Assembly (NCBI RefSeq): GCF_033153115.1
Contig: NW_026889821.1
Location: 2,170,001 to 2,234,000, forward strand
Source: Saccostrea echinata
Lineage: Eukaryota
Direction: 5' to 3'
Length of the DNA: 64,000 nucleotides
The translations under genes were made by a program, and so were the position numbers. Positions 1-12,980 of this stretch are shown here, piece after piece. Every line of letters begins with the position of its first letter. Positions within the stretch are counted from its first letter, which is position 1. The notes below the pieces were generated by a model. It was not told the DNA's origin. It saw only the letters and a list, made by a program, of their open reading frames with translations, and made no database searches.

Positions 1-259
1 TAAATCACTTAACTAACTCTACAAATCAAAAATATATGTCTCCTAACGAAAGAAGAATATTTTTACGTCTCCCTCTCTAGATTTGGTCGAAACATATGAT
101 GTACTGAGTGACATACCATTCAGTCTTATATTAATCAGACTTATTGGCACAACAAATAGACAGAAAAATCAGAAGTCAGTCACTGATATTCAAACTTTGG
201 TTGCTTTTCAATGAAATATTTGACAAAGTCAAGGAACACAACAACTCTAGCTTTCCGGA

Positions 260-525
260 AATCTTTCAATGTCATCTCTTTTGTTTCATTATTGAAAAGA
301 ATATTCAATGGAAAATATTTTTTCAGCATATTTTACTTTTTGCTTTTCAATAAGGGTTTGGGGGTCTTTTGAGTGCATGTAATTAGTTAGTACTTACATG
401 TAGTTGTCATGCCTGATAGTGGCTACATGTATATAAATCTTTAAATGTCATCTCTTTGGTTTCAATATTGAACAGAATATTGAATAGAATTTTTTTCAGC
501 TTATTTTACTTTTTGCATTTCAGTA

Positions 526-561
<36 letters not shown>

Positions 562-646
562 GATTTTTTGTTTTAGATTTTTTGAGTGCATGTAACCAGC
601 CAGTACCTGGTTGTTCTGCCAGATGGTGGCTACATATATATAAACC
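260..646. repeat. Diverged tandem duplication, two ~180-200 bp units
   Basis: AATGTCATCTCTTT..TTTCAGC.TATTTTACTTTTTGC..TTGAGTGCATGTAA..GTGGCTACAT.TATATAAA occurs at ~260-437 and ~438-646. The second unit has a poly-T expansion. Confidence 0.8.
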
Positions 647-859
647 CATGAGTTCCTTTTGTTATTTTAAGAGCTGCATACTCTGACAGTCGCCGAGATC
701 TTATAAAACACAAACATGTCTCTCAGTGGTCGTACAAAACCTTTTTGTTAAATTTAATCTTTAAAACGTACTTGGCTATTGAGCCTTTTCCACTTCAAGC
801 CTTTTAACAATACACTTTTTTGCATCAAACAATTCATGTACACACTACTAGAAAAAAAA

Positions 860-1096
860 GTCGCCCGCTTGATGCAATGGATAGAGCGTTTGCTCTATAG
901 TCGCGGAGTAAGTAGTAGATCGTTAGGTCGGGTTCGAATCCCACTGCGAGACTAGAAGAAGGAAAAAAGATCCGTCACCGCTTAATGGCTCTTAGTGCCG
1001 AGTATACATCTTATATTTGCAGTCAACCATCGGCAAGAGGTGTCGTCTCAATATGAGTGAAAATTTCTAGAAAGGAACGTAACTAAAACAAACAAA
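860..1096 (+). mobile_element. tRNA-derived SINE (bivalve Meta/Deu-type, internally deleted)
   Basis: A-box-like TGATGCAATGG and B-box GGGTTCGAATCCC. The 3' part GTCTCAATATGAGTGAAAATTTCT..ACGTAACTAAAACAAACAAA is shared with the copies at 44710 and 47533. Confidence 0.75.
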
Positions 1097-1834
1097 TTAC
1101 CACCTCATCCTCCCCCCCCCCCCCCCAAAAAAAAAAAAAAACTAAATAAGATATGCATATTCAAAGTCAAACAATGAATTTCCAAAATTAATAATAAAAT
1201 TTAAAAATACTCTAAAATGAAATCAGGTGTTTAAAATTACCTGTTTAAGAAGTTCAAGTCTACCAAAATAGAATTTCTTAATGAGTCATATCCCGAGATA
1301 TGAGTTAGATCGCCTTTTCTTTGCTTAAGATAAAATCAAAATGATATCTTGAATTTTAAGCCTTTCTTGCCAAATTGGTAACTAAGGTTTAAATATGCAA
1401 TTACAGAAACAACAAAAAAAGAAAACAATAAATATCTCAGATAATATTTTATTTTATTTGTTGTTTTTGCTTTGATTGACATATACATAATTGATTTCTT
1501 TTACTGCAACATTTTCAATTTTCATTCCTTTACTGGAGGACAGAAACGATGTAACTTTTTTTCCTTATGAAAGCATGCATAAACAAAATATTACTCTAAA
1601 TATATTCCTTTGCAATGTAAGGAAGGTTTTTTCAGTAGTTGGAAAGTTGCTGGAATGCCATTTAATAAATGCAAAAATGCATTTTTGATGGTGAATTTTC
1701 TTTCTCCTGTGCTAGACAACTTTCTTATGTGTGGAAATGCCCCTCAATTTTTCGCATCGCAGATGGTCAGTCTGAAACTTTCCCTCGATGTTGAGAGACC
1801 ATCGCTTTATTTTATTAATTGCTATCGGGATCCG

Positions 1835-3325
1835 TCATGTTTCAAAGATGTGGCGAATCATCAGGCCTATAGTGAGCGACAGTAATATTATTTCTTTAAT
1901 GTTAGACCTCAATCCAGTTGCTGAGGAGGAGCACCTGCATTAGAGACAACAAAGTTGTTATTTTAAAGAGGATAATGAAATATTACGCATAGAAATAACA
2001 TGTTTATAAAATGAAATTGTCTTTGCCTGGCCTTTTAAACATATGTTTAGTTTTATGTCATTGATCTTAATGTAGAAAAGCTCACTTTATCCCACAACCG
2101 TGTGTTGTTTCCCTTTCATTTGGTGGTACCTGGGTTGTGCGACTGTTACTCTCTAGTTTGTAACACGATTGATCTGCAGAGAATAGTTTTTCCTTAAAAA
2201 TTTTTCTTCTAGATTTCATATATTTTAAATTTCGATGCAACAAAGTATGCTTAAAGTTTAGAAATGTATCAATCCAAAGGACATGATAAATTGAGAAGTT
2301 TTAAATTTAGATTCATTAAAACCTTCATATAACCGTACATTTGTAAGATTCGTCTGAAGAATAATGAACTGGACAAGAGATATCACCATCTAAACACGAG
2401 TGCTCGAAGTTGGTTTGAATTCTGGTGCCCTCTTCATTATATTCTGCACATTTATCTGCATGAAAAAAAAAACACATTTACGACTCTTTTAGAATCAATA
2501 TGGTAAAGCAAAAAAGTGTCAGGATGCAGGAAGCATCAATTGGTATATGTTGAAGCAATGATTTTTTTATCATTAACCAAAAGAAAAGCAAAAGTAGAAA
2601 AGCAATTCAAAAGATGAAACAGGTTTAACGGTGAATCTGAGGAACGATAAATAATCTGTCAAAAGATTCTTAATATATTTAAAATTAAAAATCATTTCAA
2701 AGATGAAGATTGCTTTCATAAGGTTTGAGTTCTTACGCAGAAGAATCTGTTTTTTAGGTGCACAGACTTCTATGGTCTTGTTCCAAAATGAATTTGGTAG
2801 GCAATGATAAGCGAAACGTTCCGGTCTGGTACAAGATTGAACAACAGAGCCACAACGCATGAGTTTTGCTCTCTTTTTCCATTCATCGGGTGTTGTTGGA
2901 CAGTGTGAGACTTCACGAGCAGTCTCTCGAGATTTTAAGCAGATTCCATAAATATTCTTCATCTGAAAAAAATATACCAAAAAATAAAAAAAATATTCGA
3001 GTTAATAAAGGAATGAGCTTAAGATGAAATCAATTAAATGTCTATATGATATGTGACATTGTGCATCCAGTATCAGAGGGGAAACTCAAGATATTTGTAT
3101 TTTTTCTCTTACTATCCTTTGTTTGTTTGTTTGTTTGTTTTTTGGGGTTTTTTTTATTTGTTTGTTTGTTTGTTTTTTGAAAATCCTGTTTTTCACATAA
3201 AGGTCTGTAATATTAATGATTTATTAATGGCCTACATTTCCCTGCCTCCTGCCTGAAGCATCTTCAACAACAATTATGTTTATAATAGCAGCAACAACAA
3301 AGACTCCCTCTGAGTTTATAAACAT
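1835..3325 (-). CDS. Gene A: uncharacterised secreted 10-Cys domain protein with GPI-signal-like C-terminus (~206 aa)
   Basis: Exons 3325-3236 (MFINSEGVFVVAAIINIIVVEDASG.., least certain), 2962-2737, 2455-2339, 2173-2086, 1934-1835. All GT-AG, phases 0/1/1/2, open frame: ..ICLKSRETAREVSHCPTTPDEW..FAYHCLPNSFWNKTIEVCAP..KCAEYNEEG..CPVHYSSDESYKYQSCYK..CSSSATGLRSNIKEIILLSLTIGLMIRHIFET*. Same exon architecture as gene B. Confidence 0.85.
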
Positions 3326-4726
3326 ATCCTTTTCTTTCTTTCTTTCTTTTCCTTTAGGAAACCTGTAAAAAATATATAAACTGATTTTAAAATTCACTAT
3401 TTGAATATTTAAATACTTTGTTAAGCATTTTGATTGATAATGAGTGCAGAAACATATTTAAAACAGCAAAGAGCAATAATTCTTAATAGAACTGTTAGCT
3501 TTAAAATCTCATTTCAAAAATCTACGTTTGTTGAAATAGATTTCTTACTACCTCACAGTAAAGTAGAAGTGTCAAGATGCAAATGAAGGTACTGAAGAAA
3601 ATAATAGTTTTGAAGCAATATTTATGAAAAATTTTCTCGGAAAATTAAATTTTCAGTCAAAAAAAAGAGTCCTAGGGACTTTTTCTTGCATGATTAGATA
3701 CGCCCTTTAAATTGCTTTAATACATATTGATATCCTTATACACATGTAGTGTATCTATAAATACACAATGGGATTTTCATTCATTCCTTACTTATATAGC
3801 AATGTCCGTAAAGTTTATTTAATTTTGATATACACATGTATAAAATTTAAACTTATCAGCACCATAAACAACAGTTGAAGTTTTCTTTCTTTTCAAATTT
3901 CTCTAGTGATACATACTTTATAAAGTGCTTGTGCAATTTCAAATTCAAACTGAAAGTAGCCTTGAATAAACGGAATTTTTTGTCAATGTGCATTTTTTTC
4001 CCTTGAATGTCATTTTTACACAAGTTTTATAAACATTATAGTAAACATGCAGGTATACATGTATGCATAAATGCTTCTCTGAAAGTAAGATTTGGTTCAA
4101 CCTATACCGATTTTGAAAACGTGTATATATATTCTCTAATCCGCTCAAGTATTCTATATATAGAATACGTTTTAGGTATAAACAGCTGCATGATTTCCGT
4201 TTCTTTGTTTTCCACAATCTACATCACTATTTCGTTGCCAATGTTAATTTTCCCAACTCAATTATTTCCTGGCAGTTCTTACTAAATGCACAAAAAATCG
4301 CGTTTAAAATATGAAGCTAAAATTTTGTCTATGTTCTTACTAAGGTGGTGTCAAAACTGGAACAACCGTAATGTATTTTAGATAATGATCAATCAGACCC
4401 TTTTTTATTATAATGCATTACCTATAGATATAAATAGTTTTATTTTAATTCGAAATACTTATTCAAGCAATATACCTGACTTTGTGTATCAAATACTGAT
4501 TTATCGTAATGAAAGTCATCAAAGAGGTAAAAAGATTTTAATATCCCACGAATATAAAAAGGCATTTAATTTGAAGCATTCTTTAAATTCATTTTAAAGG
4601 TCGCTGTATAAGTAAGGCACAAAGACCCTGCTAATTTGGTTTCCAAATTACTTTTTTGAATAAAAGTAATAGCGACTTCGGTTAAGGTACTATGGAAACA
4701 CTAACTATCTTAACGTATATATCCAT

Positions 4727-5099
4727 ATATTTACATTTCCAATAAATTTCCCCTATAATTCTTTACAAATAAGAATGCAGTTCATTTTCTCATGAACTAC
4801 CATGCATGGGCATGGATATCTCCATTGTTACGTCATAATACCTTACTTGACGTCAAAACTATAGTGCAAACTGTTTTGCTTTAAAAATGACAGTTGAGTG
4901 GCGTTATTTGTGGCAAATCATCAGAAAAATAATGTAAATATAAGAAATGAATTTAATTTTTGAAGATTCATGAGGTACATGAACTACAACGTTTCACGCC
5001 GGCATATTTCATGAAGCAGTAACGCGTTTCATGAAATATGCCGGCGGGAAGCGTTGTAGTTCATGTCCTCATGAATCTTCAAAAATTAAATTCATTTCT
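4727..5099. mobile_element. Dispersed non-autonomous repeat ending in a ~155-bp palindrome (Crypton-like architecture, inferred)
   Basis: Closely similar second copy at 12630-12980. 4943-5099 is a near-perfect hairpin (AGAAATGAATTTAATTTTTGAAGATTCATGAGG..CCTCATGAATCTTCAAAAATTAAATTCATTTCT). Confidence 0.75.
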
Positions 5100-7329
5100 A
5101 AATCATTTGTTTTCACATTAATATAACGGATTATTATTCTTTATTCTGATGACGTTATTGATTCAGAATTCTTACTGTTTCAAATGGTGCATTTAATTGC
5201 AAGTAATTTCAAATTCAACTCTCTTTAACCGATTCTTAAGCCTTTTTCTGGTTGATTTTATTTCAGGCATATGAAATCAAAGATTTTTGTGTTTTAGATT
5301 TTGACTTCTTATCCTTATTAAAACATTTGACACTCCCCATGTCAAGTCAAAGACAAAATATTAAATCAATTTTCTTTCAGGAATATTTCCCTTGGTATCA
5401 ATGTATTTGGATACAGAATTAACTTTTAATCATATTTATTGTATTAAGCTTAAAGCATGGGTACTATACAAAGATATGTTCTCTGATGTAAAAACGTATA
5501 ACATAATAATAACATGATAATAAAAATTAATTTTGGTTTTCAAAATATCTCAAAATATATTGTTCCATGTCACTTGTGTAAATCCTTTATTAACGTCAAT
5601 ATTCCCCATATTTTTTCCTTGTTCAGATTTTTATTTTTATATCCATAAATCAAAAAAAAAGTACCTTAATATATCGTATTCAACTCATGTAAAAATGAGT
5701 AGGAAGGACACAAAGTCACAATAATTATTTTTGTTAAGATTATGCACGAAAATGAATGTTTATATCTGTATTTTAAATATAAAAATAAACTTGTCTTTAT
5801 CTTTCACATGGGACAGTGAAATTCAGAAAGAAAATCAGAAAAAAAGTTCATTTCTAGCATACTGTTGGATGTTCCATGCTTTTCTTTATTTTTATTCTTT
5901 TTTGTTCAGATCAAACTTTTGTCCGACAAGATATGTATTCTTAAAATATTTTAGGTTGTCTTATCAGCAGAAAAGAAAGCAAAATAAAACAATAAATATA
6001 TAAGTAATCATCTTTTTCATATTTATATTTTTAAGCGATTGTATGTATGTAATTTTAGATTTATAATTTTAATGTTATGATTTCTAGCATATATATGTCA
6101 AATTAATTTACTAATAGTTCTTAAATTGTGTTTATTAGCATTTTATTGTTCAGCGCTTAAGAATATTTTTTTTAAATTATATTTAGCGCTTTATAAATTT
6201 ATGCATTATAATTATTATTATTATTATAATTATGTGTCTATGATAAGCGATTAAGATATACAATTTTATTCCAAAAGAAATTAGTTTACCTACACTAAAG
6301 CTGATTTCTGCAACTTTTTATACCTTTCTAAAATTTGGTAATTTTCAGCAACAATAACAAAATCAACTAAAAGAAATTTTAGAGTTTAAAATTTAGCATT
6401 AAGGTAGTCATAGTCTGTTCCAGGCTATCAACGTCATTTTATATATATTTTGAAATATCAAAAGGTTGTCCTGCAAAAAAAAGGTTTGATCATCGAGATC
6501 ATTTACATGTAGATCATTCTTTCTCAAAACTGACTGCTTTGTAGTAACCATCAAGTTCAAACTGTGTATTCAATCATTTGCAAAGTCTTCAGAGATTTAA
6601 CAAAGCAAAAACGGCCGCCACATCGGAAAGGAATGTAAAATTATTTGTGATTTGCAGTTGCTGGCCACCAGTATCATAATGATGTACATTTTCTAAATCA
6701 TATGAATTTTTTGGTCAATGAAAACGCGGATAATAACCAACTCCCTCATGTACTTTAGAGCGTGACCGAAATTTTTATATCAAATTTCTTCAGACTTTAG
6801 AATATCATGCCATACTGGTTTTTGATACAGACTAGACTAGTTGTATTTTATGTATAAACAGTAATATTAGGTGTATTTTCAAAACAACTCTCATGATTCC
6901 TTTGACAGTTTATAAATTCATTCACTCATGAACCACCAGTGATGAATGATATTGTAACGTTCCCCTTGCATCACTAAGATGATGTCACATTCACCCAAAG
7001 AATCCTTCCTCTATGCAGGCTTACATTATGGATGCTCCATGTACAGTATGGAGTGGCTACTTTGAAAACCCATATCCTTACAGGCTAATTTTACAGAAAA
7101 AAATAATTCTTTTCAATTGATATGTTTTCTAAATATGAGGTAATTTACATATAAAAATAAAAGAAATGTGGATATAAGTAATATCATTTTTTTTCCTTGA
7201 AAAATCATGAAGGATATGAATCAAGATCTAACGCAGGCACTTTTAAGCAGAGCTAATTTTTGTTAAAAGACATACATTCAAAACATAAAAGACATTTCTT
7301 CAGTATCCATTATGTAGTAGTCTTATTTT

Positions 7330-8135
7330 TTTTTCTTTCTTTTTGAAGTTCTACTTCCCAAAGAAGAGCTCAAAGTTCTTGAATAAATAATTTCTGTGAT
7401 TTTTATGTGTTGACAATTCCTGACGTCAGAGGGTCAATTTACAAAATCAGCTCGAGTTCTATACTTTGCGGTATCTTAAAAAATTCACACCGATAAAACC
7501 GCTTACATGTATTCTAATATTATACTGGAATTTACACACTCGACACATTAAATTACATCTTAACATAAATCTAGGTTAGTGTGCACCCTCATTCATAATT
7601 TTGATGAGCCGGTATTAAAAAGGACATTTAAAGGATCGTGTCTGGGGCAGAAATTTTTCAGTAGTAAATAGGATTAAATCAGCGTGATCGGCTAACACGA
7701 TGGATATCTATATACATTTATCATCTTTTTTTTTAATAAAAGTAAATATTTTTTAGCAGCGTTAATGTGTATCATATATTTCTTTGTATTGTTTACACAC
7801 AAACCTTCATGAAAATTTCTTCATTATTGTAATAGTCTTTTTTTTTATTTTTCTTCTTCCTGAATTTCTATTTCATCCCAAGAACTAAAATTTATTGAAT
7901 AAATAATGTTGTTATTGTTTTTGTACGTATTTACTGTTCCTGATGTCCGTAGAGCTCGGGTGCTTTACGGTGCTATATTTTAATGTAAATTACACAGGTA
8001 AAACAGCTAACACGTAATCTATTATTACGAAATCGACATATTTAGGTCTGTACCTTCATTCATAATTCTGATGTGTCACTATTTTAATAACAGATTTAAA
8101 AGTCCGTTTCTCGAACAGAAAATTTTCAGTAACGT
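7330..8135. repeat. Old diverged tandem duplication (~500-bp offset)
   Basis: Collinear blocks TTGAATAAATAAT..TTCCTGA.GTC..AGCTCG..TCATTCATAATT.TGATG..CAGAAA.TTTTCAGTA at ~7340-7665 and ~7855-8133. Confidence 0.6.
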
Positions 8136-8722
8136 ATAATTGTTTGGGAAGGAGTAAGTCAGAGTAAAGGTAATCAATATAAAAATAAAACATGAATTCT
8201 ATAGATATACTTTATATATTGATGAACTTTTACCTCAACAGATAGCTATTTTTGGGTTCCATTTATCTTCTTTGATAAATTTAAAGTGTTTTATTCTTGC
8301 ATAATTCATTATTTTTGTGAACCTTTCCGAATCATATAAGAAGATTTGATGTATCAAAAATCATTTATTTCATGTTTTGTTTCATCACCAATACTGAGTT
8401 TTATTTCTTAAGATCTGCATATTCATCAAAAATAAGTACGAAAAAATCAAGATTTTCAAATATTTATTATTTACATTCCGGTAAATTAAAGTGTGCATTT
8501 TCTTTTAAATTGAGATAAAATCAAAGTCATTCATATTTATATATTTTCATACGTTGTTACAAACTGATATTAAAACAGTAATTTAACATATAGAAAGTTA
8601 GTAATCTGTAGCATCAAGAGTTAATTGTAAGTATAATTAAATAATGTTAACTTGATGTGATTACATGTGGTAAGCACATAGGGAATATACAAATTAATGC
8701 ATATTTACATCAAAACTATGGT

Positions 8723-8725
<3 letters not shown>

Positions 8726-8793
<68 letters not shown>
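8726..8793. repeat. (TA)n microsatellite
   Basis: Perfect TA run. Confidence 0.97.
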
Positions 8794-8796
<3 letters not shown>

Positions 8797-9203
8797 CATT
8801 ATAATAAACCAAAAAATGAATAAATACAGTGCTAGCATCATAAGATGCATAGCTAATTAACATCGATACATGGACTATATATGTGTTCATAAGATCTCTG
8901 ATTTGAAGGTGGGAATTTTGTTAATAATGTTCCCTAGCAATGGCAGAGACTGATTTAATAATTAACGTCTGCATTTTCATGCACAGATTTAGATTGACCT
9001 CTCACGGGAAGAACTATAGTCCCAGATATTGTACATGCTGTATTTACATAATACCTGACGTCTTTCCAGATATACAATACAAAAAAAGTTTAGAAATGAA
9101 ATAACAAAATCAAACTGAGCGAACACAAAGTTTCACACTGAATGCACAGCTTTTCCTAGAATTTGTTGGCAATCCTAATTTAATTAGTATTTCTTCAAAG
9201 ATT

Positions 9204-10370
9204 CTATTGAAAAAGAAACAGAAAGAGTCTGCCAATGACAAGAATAGCTATTGAGTCTTCAAAAATACTGTTATCGGACTTTTGGATTCTTCGATTGGAC
9301 GACATTCTAAAAAAAATCAAACCTGTGTCATATGAACATTTAAAACCGGATCTTTCATTAGATATTTTATACATAAAATTTTTCTCAATATACTGAATTA
9401 CCCATTTATGACGGGAGGGGTATCAGTAGAATGTTTTCTTTTGACGATTTTGTAACATTCCTGATCTAGAAAGGGAAATAACTAATGTAAGTGAAAGTAA
9501 TTCATGTATAGGAAAACATTTAAACCGAGGACATTTTAAACACAGTAGAATAATTGCAAAACTTTCTCTGAGGCAACGATAACCTTTTTATTTTATTTCA
9601 ATTGATTTCAGAGTGATTTTGTAAGTCAAACCAAAGGCAAACAAATGAAAAAGTACCAAACAAATATTTATATTCTATGGTCAAACATATGTGTATGGAA
9701 ACTTACACAAATAAGCTGTATCAGAGAGATAAACGTCTGGACATGGATTGTCAAAATTTTTGCAGTCAGCATTCATGTGTTCCTGAACAACAGCCCCCTC
9801 AAAATTGTATTCTGCACACTTACCTGCAAATAATAAAGTAGTGTAATGGAAAATTTCATTTTTATTTTTCTTTTGCCGTGAGATAAAGCAATTTATCTAT
9901 AAAAAGAAAAATAATTTCGAATACCTATTATATTGACTCTTCTCGCACAAACTTCTAATGTCGCATTTTCCCAAGAATTGATGAGACAATGGTAGAGGAA
10001 CTCGTCATTACTTGAACAATTTTGGGAGATCTTTGAGCAGTTTTTCCTCAACGCAGCATTTAGCCATTCAAATTCGTCCAGTGGGCATTTCTCAACGTAC
10101 CTAACGGTGCCTCTGGAAGCTGGACACGTCATCAAAGGCTGATTGCATATTGAAGAAAAAGGTCAGGGTTTATATGTTCAAATGTAATAAACATGAAAAA
10201 TGTTATCAAATTAATTTATTAATCTTTTGTTATCATGTATGTTTTATTTAATAAATTATGATTATATAGTATTTTGTCGATATTTTGCATACCTGATTGG
10301 CAGAGCCAGTACAGAAAAGTTGCAGTAACAGCAACAGGGAAAAAACAGGGTGACGGTGTGTGAACAGCAT
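9204..10370 (-). CDS. Gene B: paralog of gene A, secreted 10-Cys domain protein with hydrophobic/GPI-like tail (191 aa)
   Basis: Exons 10370-10293 (signal peptide MLFTHRHPVFSLLLLLQLFCTGSANQ), 10138-9925, 9823-9707 (117 nt, as in A), 9465-9402, 9306-9204. GT-AG, phases 0/1/1/2, 576 nt open. Ends ..DSIAILVIGRLFLFLFQ*. Confidence 0.9.
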
Positions 10371-10749
10371 TATCTTAGGATATATCTTTCAGAAAAGGAT
10401 AGGTGTAATTTTCTGTCTTTCTTCATCCAATTTAGTTTTTTAAAGTGGTTTAATGCACGAAGAAGAGATGTTGAAATGACGATCTGTGATGATATTAACA
10501 ATTATTGTATTCTGCTTTCATTTTTGGCTTAACACGTACAGGAGCTAATTGTTAAAGAATTAGGTATTTCTACCTTTGAAAATTTTCTTTACACGTTGAT
10601 CAGGCAGATTCTTTCCAAGATAATATTAAGCAGTAATTTCTCTCCGTAAACTTTATATAAATACTGCTTGGGTTTAGAGTTCATACTAGCATGTGGCCAA
10701 CTAAGATATATTTACGAGTATTTATAACTTTGCAAGTTTTCCAAATTGC

Positions 10750-10793
<44 letters not shown>

Positions 10794-12510
10794 CAGATAA
10801 CAGGTTCTCCTTTAGTCTAACAAAGAGCAAAAGCACTCTACAATATTAGTGAATATTACGTTCCTTTTTTTCATATATATCAAGGATGGGTTTAATATTC
10901 TTAATGATATCATCATTTTTAAGTATTTATAGAAATATTCTTCTTTGCTCATAGTTCTTCAGCAGGCAAGGCCCCTTGCATGAAAGTAATGAACATAAAA
11001 AATCAGATACTCCTAGTTCTATGTTTCAGAGCGGGGTTAGGTCTGTCAGACATGCATTTTGAACGTTAATTACGTTGACATTTTTCTCAAACTATTGAAA
11101 TCAAGCAAGCAGATTTTTATGATATTCATAAACTTTGAGGTCAGTGGCCCCTTGGTGCAGCATTCGGGCCCCTTAGCTGGGCAAAAGGTAGGCATCAATT
11201 TTTTTAAAAAAATCATTTACCCTTTGAAATCGTTTTTCTTCTTTATAAGGGAAATCCGATAGAGTAGCTGTTTGTACATGTATCATTTTTGACCATTTTC
11301 CTTCTTATTTTATCAAATGGTTGCCCTTTGGATTCAGACCCAGAAGTGATGTGTTTCAATTATTTTGTGCCTTGAAAGTATTAATTTTTTGGAAATTTAA
11401 CTGCAAAAGAGCTGCCTGGGTTTTTTTTCAGACATCTATAAGAACATTAAATTTCTGCATAATGAAACGAAATAGTGAATAGCATATCTTTTTCATTTTC
11501 GAACATTAAATTTTAGAGATAATAAAATTCTGAAAACTGTTGATTTTCAGCATTTACATGTATATACAAAACCTATTAAGGCAATAACAAATCTCATGTA
11601 TATAATCTAAAATCAAGTCAATAAATAGACTGGTCAGATAAATTCATACTTGCCCATTTTTCATACAAAACCAACCTCAATGTAATACTTGTTGGTTTAT
11701 TACGTTAAGTAGATTGTACGAAAATTTTCATGATGCAATTGAAAATTTCTGAATTACGTAAACTGAAGCTGAGTGAGAATGTCTATCTAATAAGTTTTTT
11801 TCCACTATTTCAACTACTTTTTTTTTAATTGAGTAATAATACTTATCAATAAGTAGTCTATATGTACTTCACTTATGATTATATTTGCAAGGACATCCTC
11901 CAATTCGTCCGAGTTATTTTTATTGTTAGCTGTTCTAAAAGTATTTATATGTGTGCCTCAGTGTATTGTATTCATTCACTCGTGTGTCGATATTCATCAT
12001 TACCTATGAAAATAATTTGTTATATAGTTTTTAAGTTTCACAATTTAAAGTGTCCAACTTTTATTTTTGAACGCGGAAGTTAAACAGTTGGAAAACCTTT
12101 ACCTGTGCGGTGGTGACGAATGTCAAACACATTGTTCAAAATTTGAGTCCGTTTACATGTTTATGAGTAAAAATATTTATCAATAAGTATCTAAAACTTT
12201 GAGAACGTGTAAAATACACTTTGCAGTACAGTTATCTGTCGTGATGACATACAGACAGACAGAAAATGTTTTGTAAAATTCTGTAAAATATAAATAGGAG
12301 GCATTTCATTTTAACACACTTAAGTAACATTGATTGCTTAGTATCCATGTGAAAGTTTTATGATATTTAATGTGTACGTTTGTGATAGTTTTTTGATACA
12401 TAATGTACAATTTTATATACTGGTTTTGTTTTAAAAAAATACTGATACAAAATTAAAAAAAAAAAGAGAAACAAATATCGAAAATCCACAAATAACATAC
12501 ATGTATATTG

Positions 12511-12556
<46 letters not shown>

Positions 12557-12629
12557 ATGAAACTAATTATTCTGTTATTAAGTCAAAATAAAGCAGACTT
12601 ATGTAATCATATTTAAGAAATATTTTACA

Positions 12630-12980
12630 ATATTTACATTTCCAATAAATTTCCCCACTGATTCTTTACAAAATAGAATAGCCTACAGTTCATTATCTCA
12701 TGAACTACCATGAATGGGGATGAATGTCTCCATTGTTACGTCATAATACCTTACTTGACGTCAAAACTATAGTGCAAACTGTTTTGCTTTAAAAATGACA
12801 GTTGAATGGCGTTATTAGTGGCAAATCATCAGAAAAATAATGTAAATATAAGAAATGAATTAACTTTTGAAAATTTATGAGGTGCATGAACTACAACGCT
12901 TCATGCCGGCATATTTATCATAAGCGCTAAGGCGTAGTTCATGTTCTCATGAATCTTCAAAAGTTAAATTTATTATTTCT
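12630..12980. mobile_element. Second copy of the 4727-5099 palindrome-ended repeat (part of one hairpin arm deleted)
   Basis: Direct similarity over ~350 bp, e.g. CTCCATTGTTACGTCATAATACCTTACTTGACGTCAAAACTATAGTGCAAACTGTTTTGCTTTAAAAATGACAGTTGA is identical. Confidence 0.8.

Noticed and set aside
3670-3780. NF-kB-like sites (GGGACTTTTT, GGGATTTTCA) near the gene A 5' end
   Set aside because: Imperfect matches that are expected by chance in AT-rich DNA.
6399-7065. Possible Kolobok-like element (TTAAGGTAGTCA..TGGCTACTTTGA)
   Set aside because: The TIR match is too short and degenerate, and the TSD was not confirmed.
8657-8890. ORFs with YIYI, poly-F, RERE, CVCV or X runs (also 12367, 12996, 21739, 49353, 59494, 60715)
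   Set aside because: Artefacts of microsatellites, homopolymers and N gaps.
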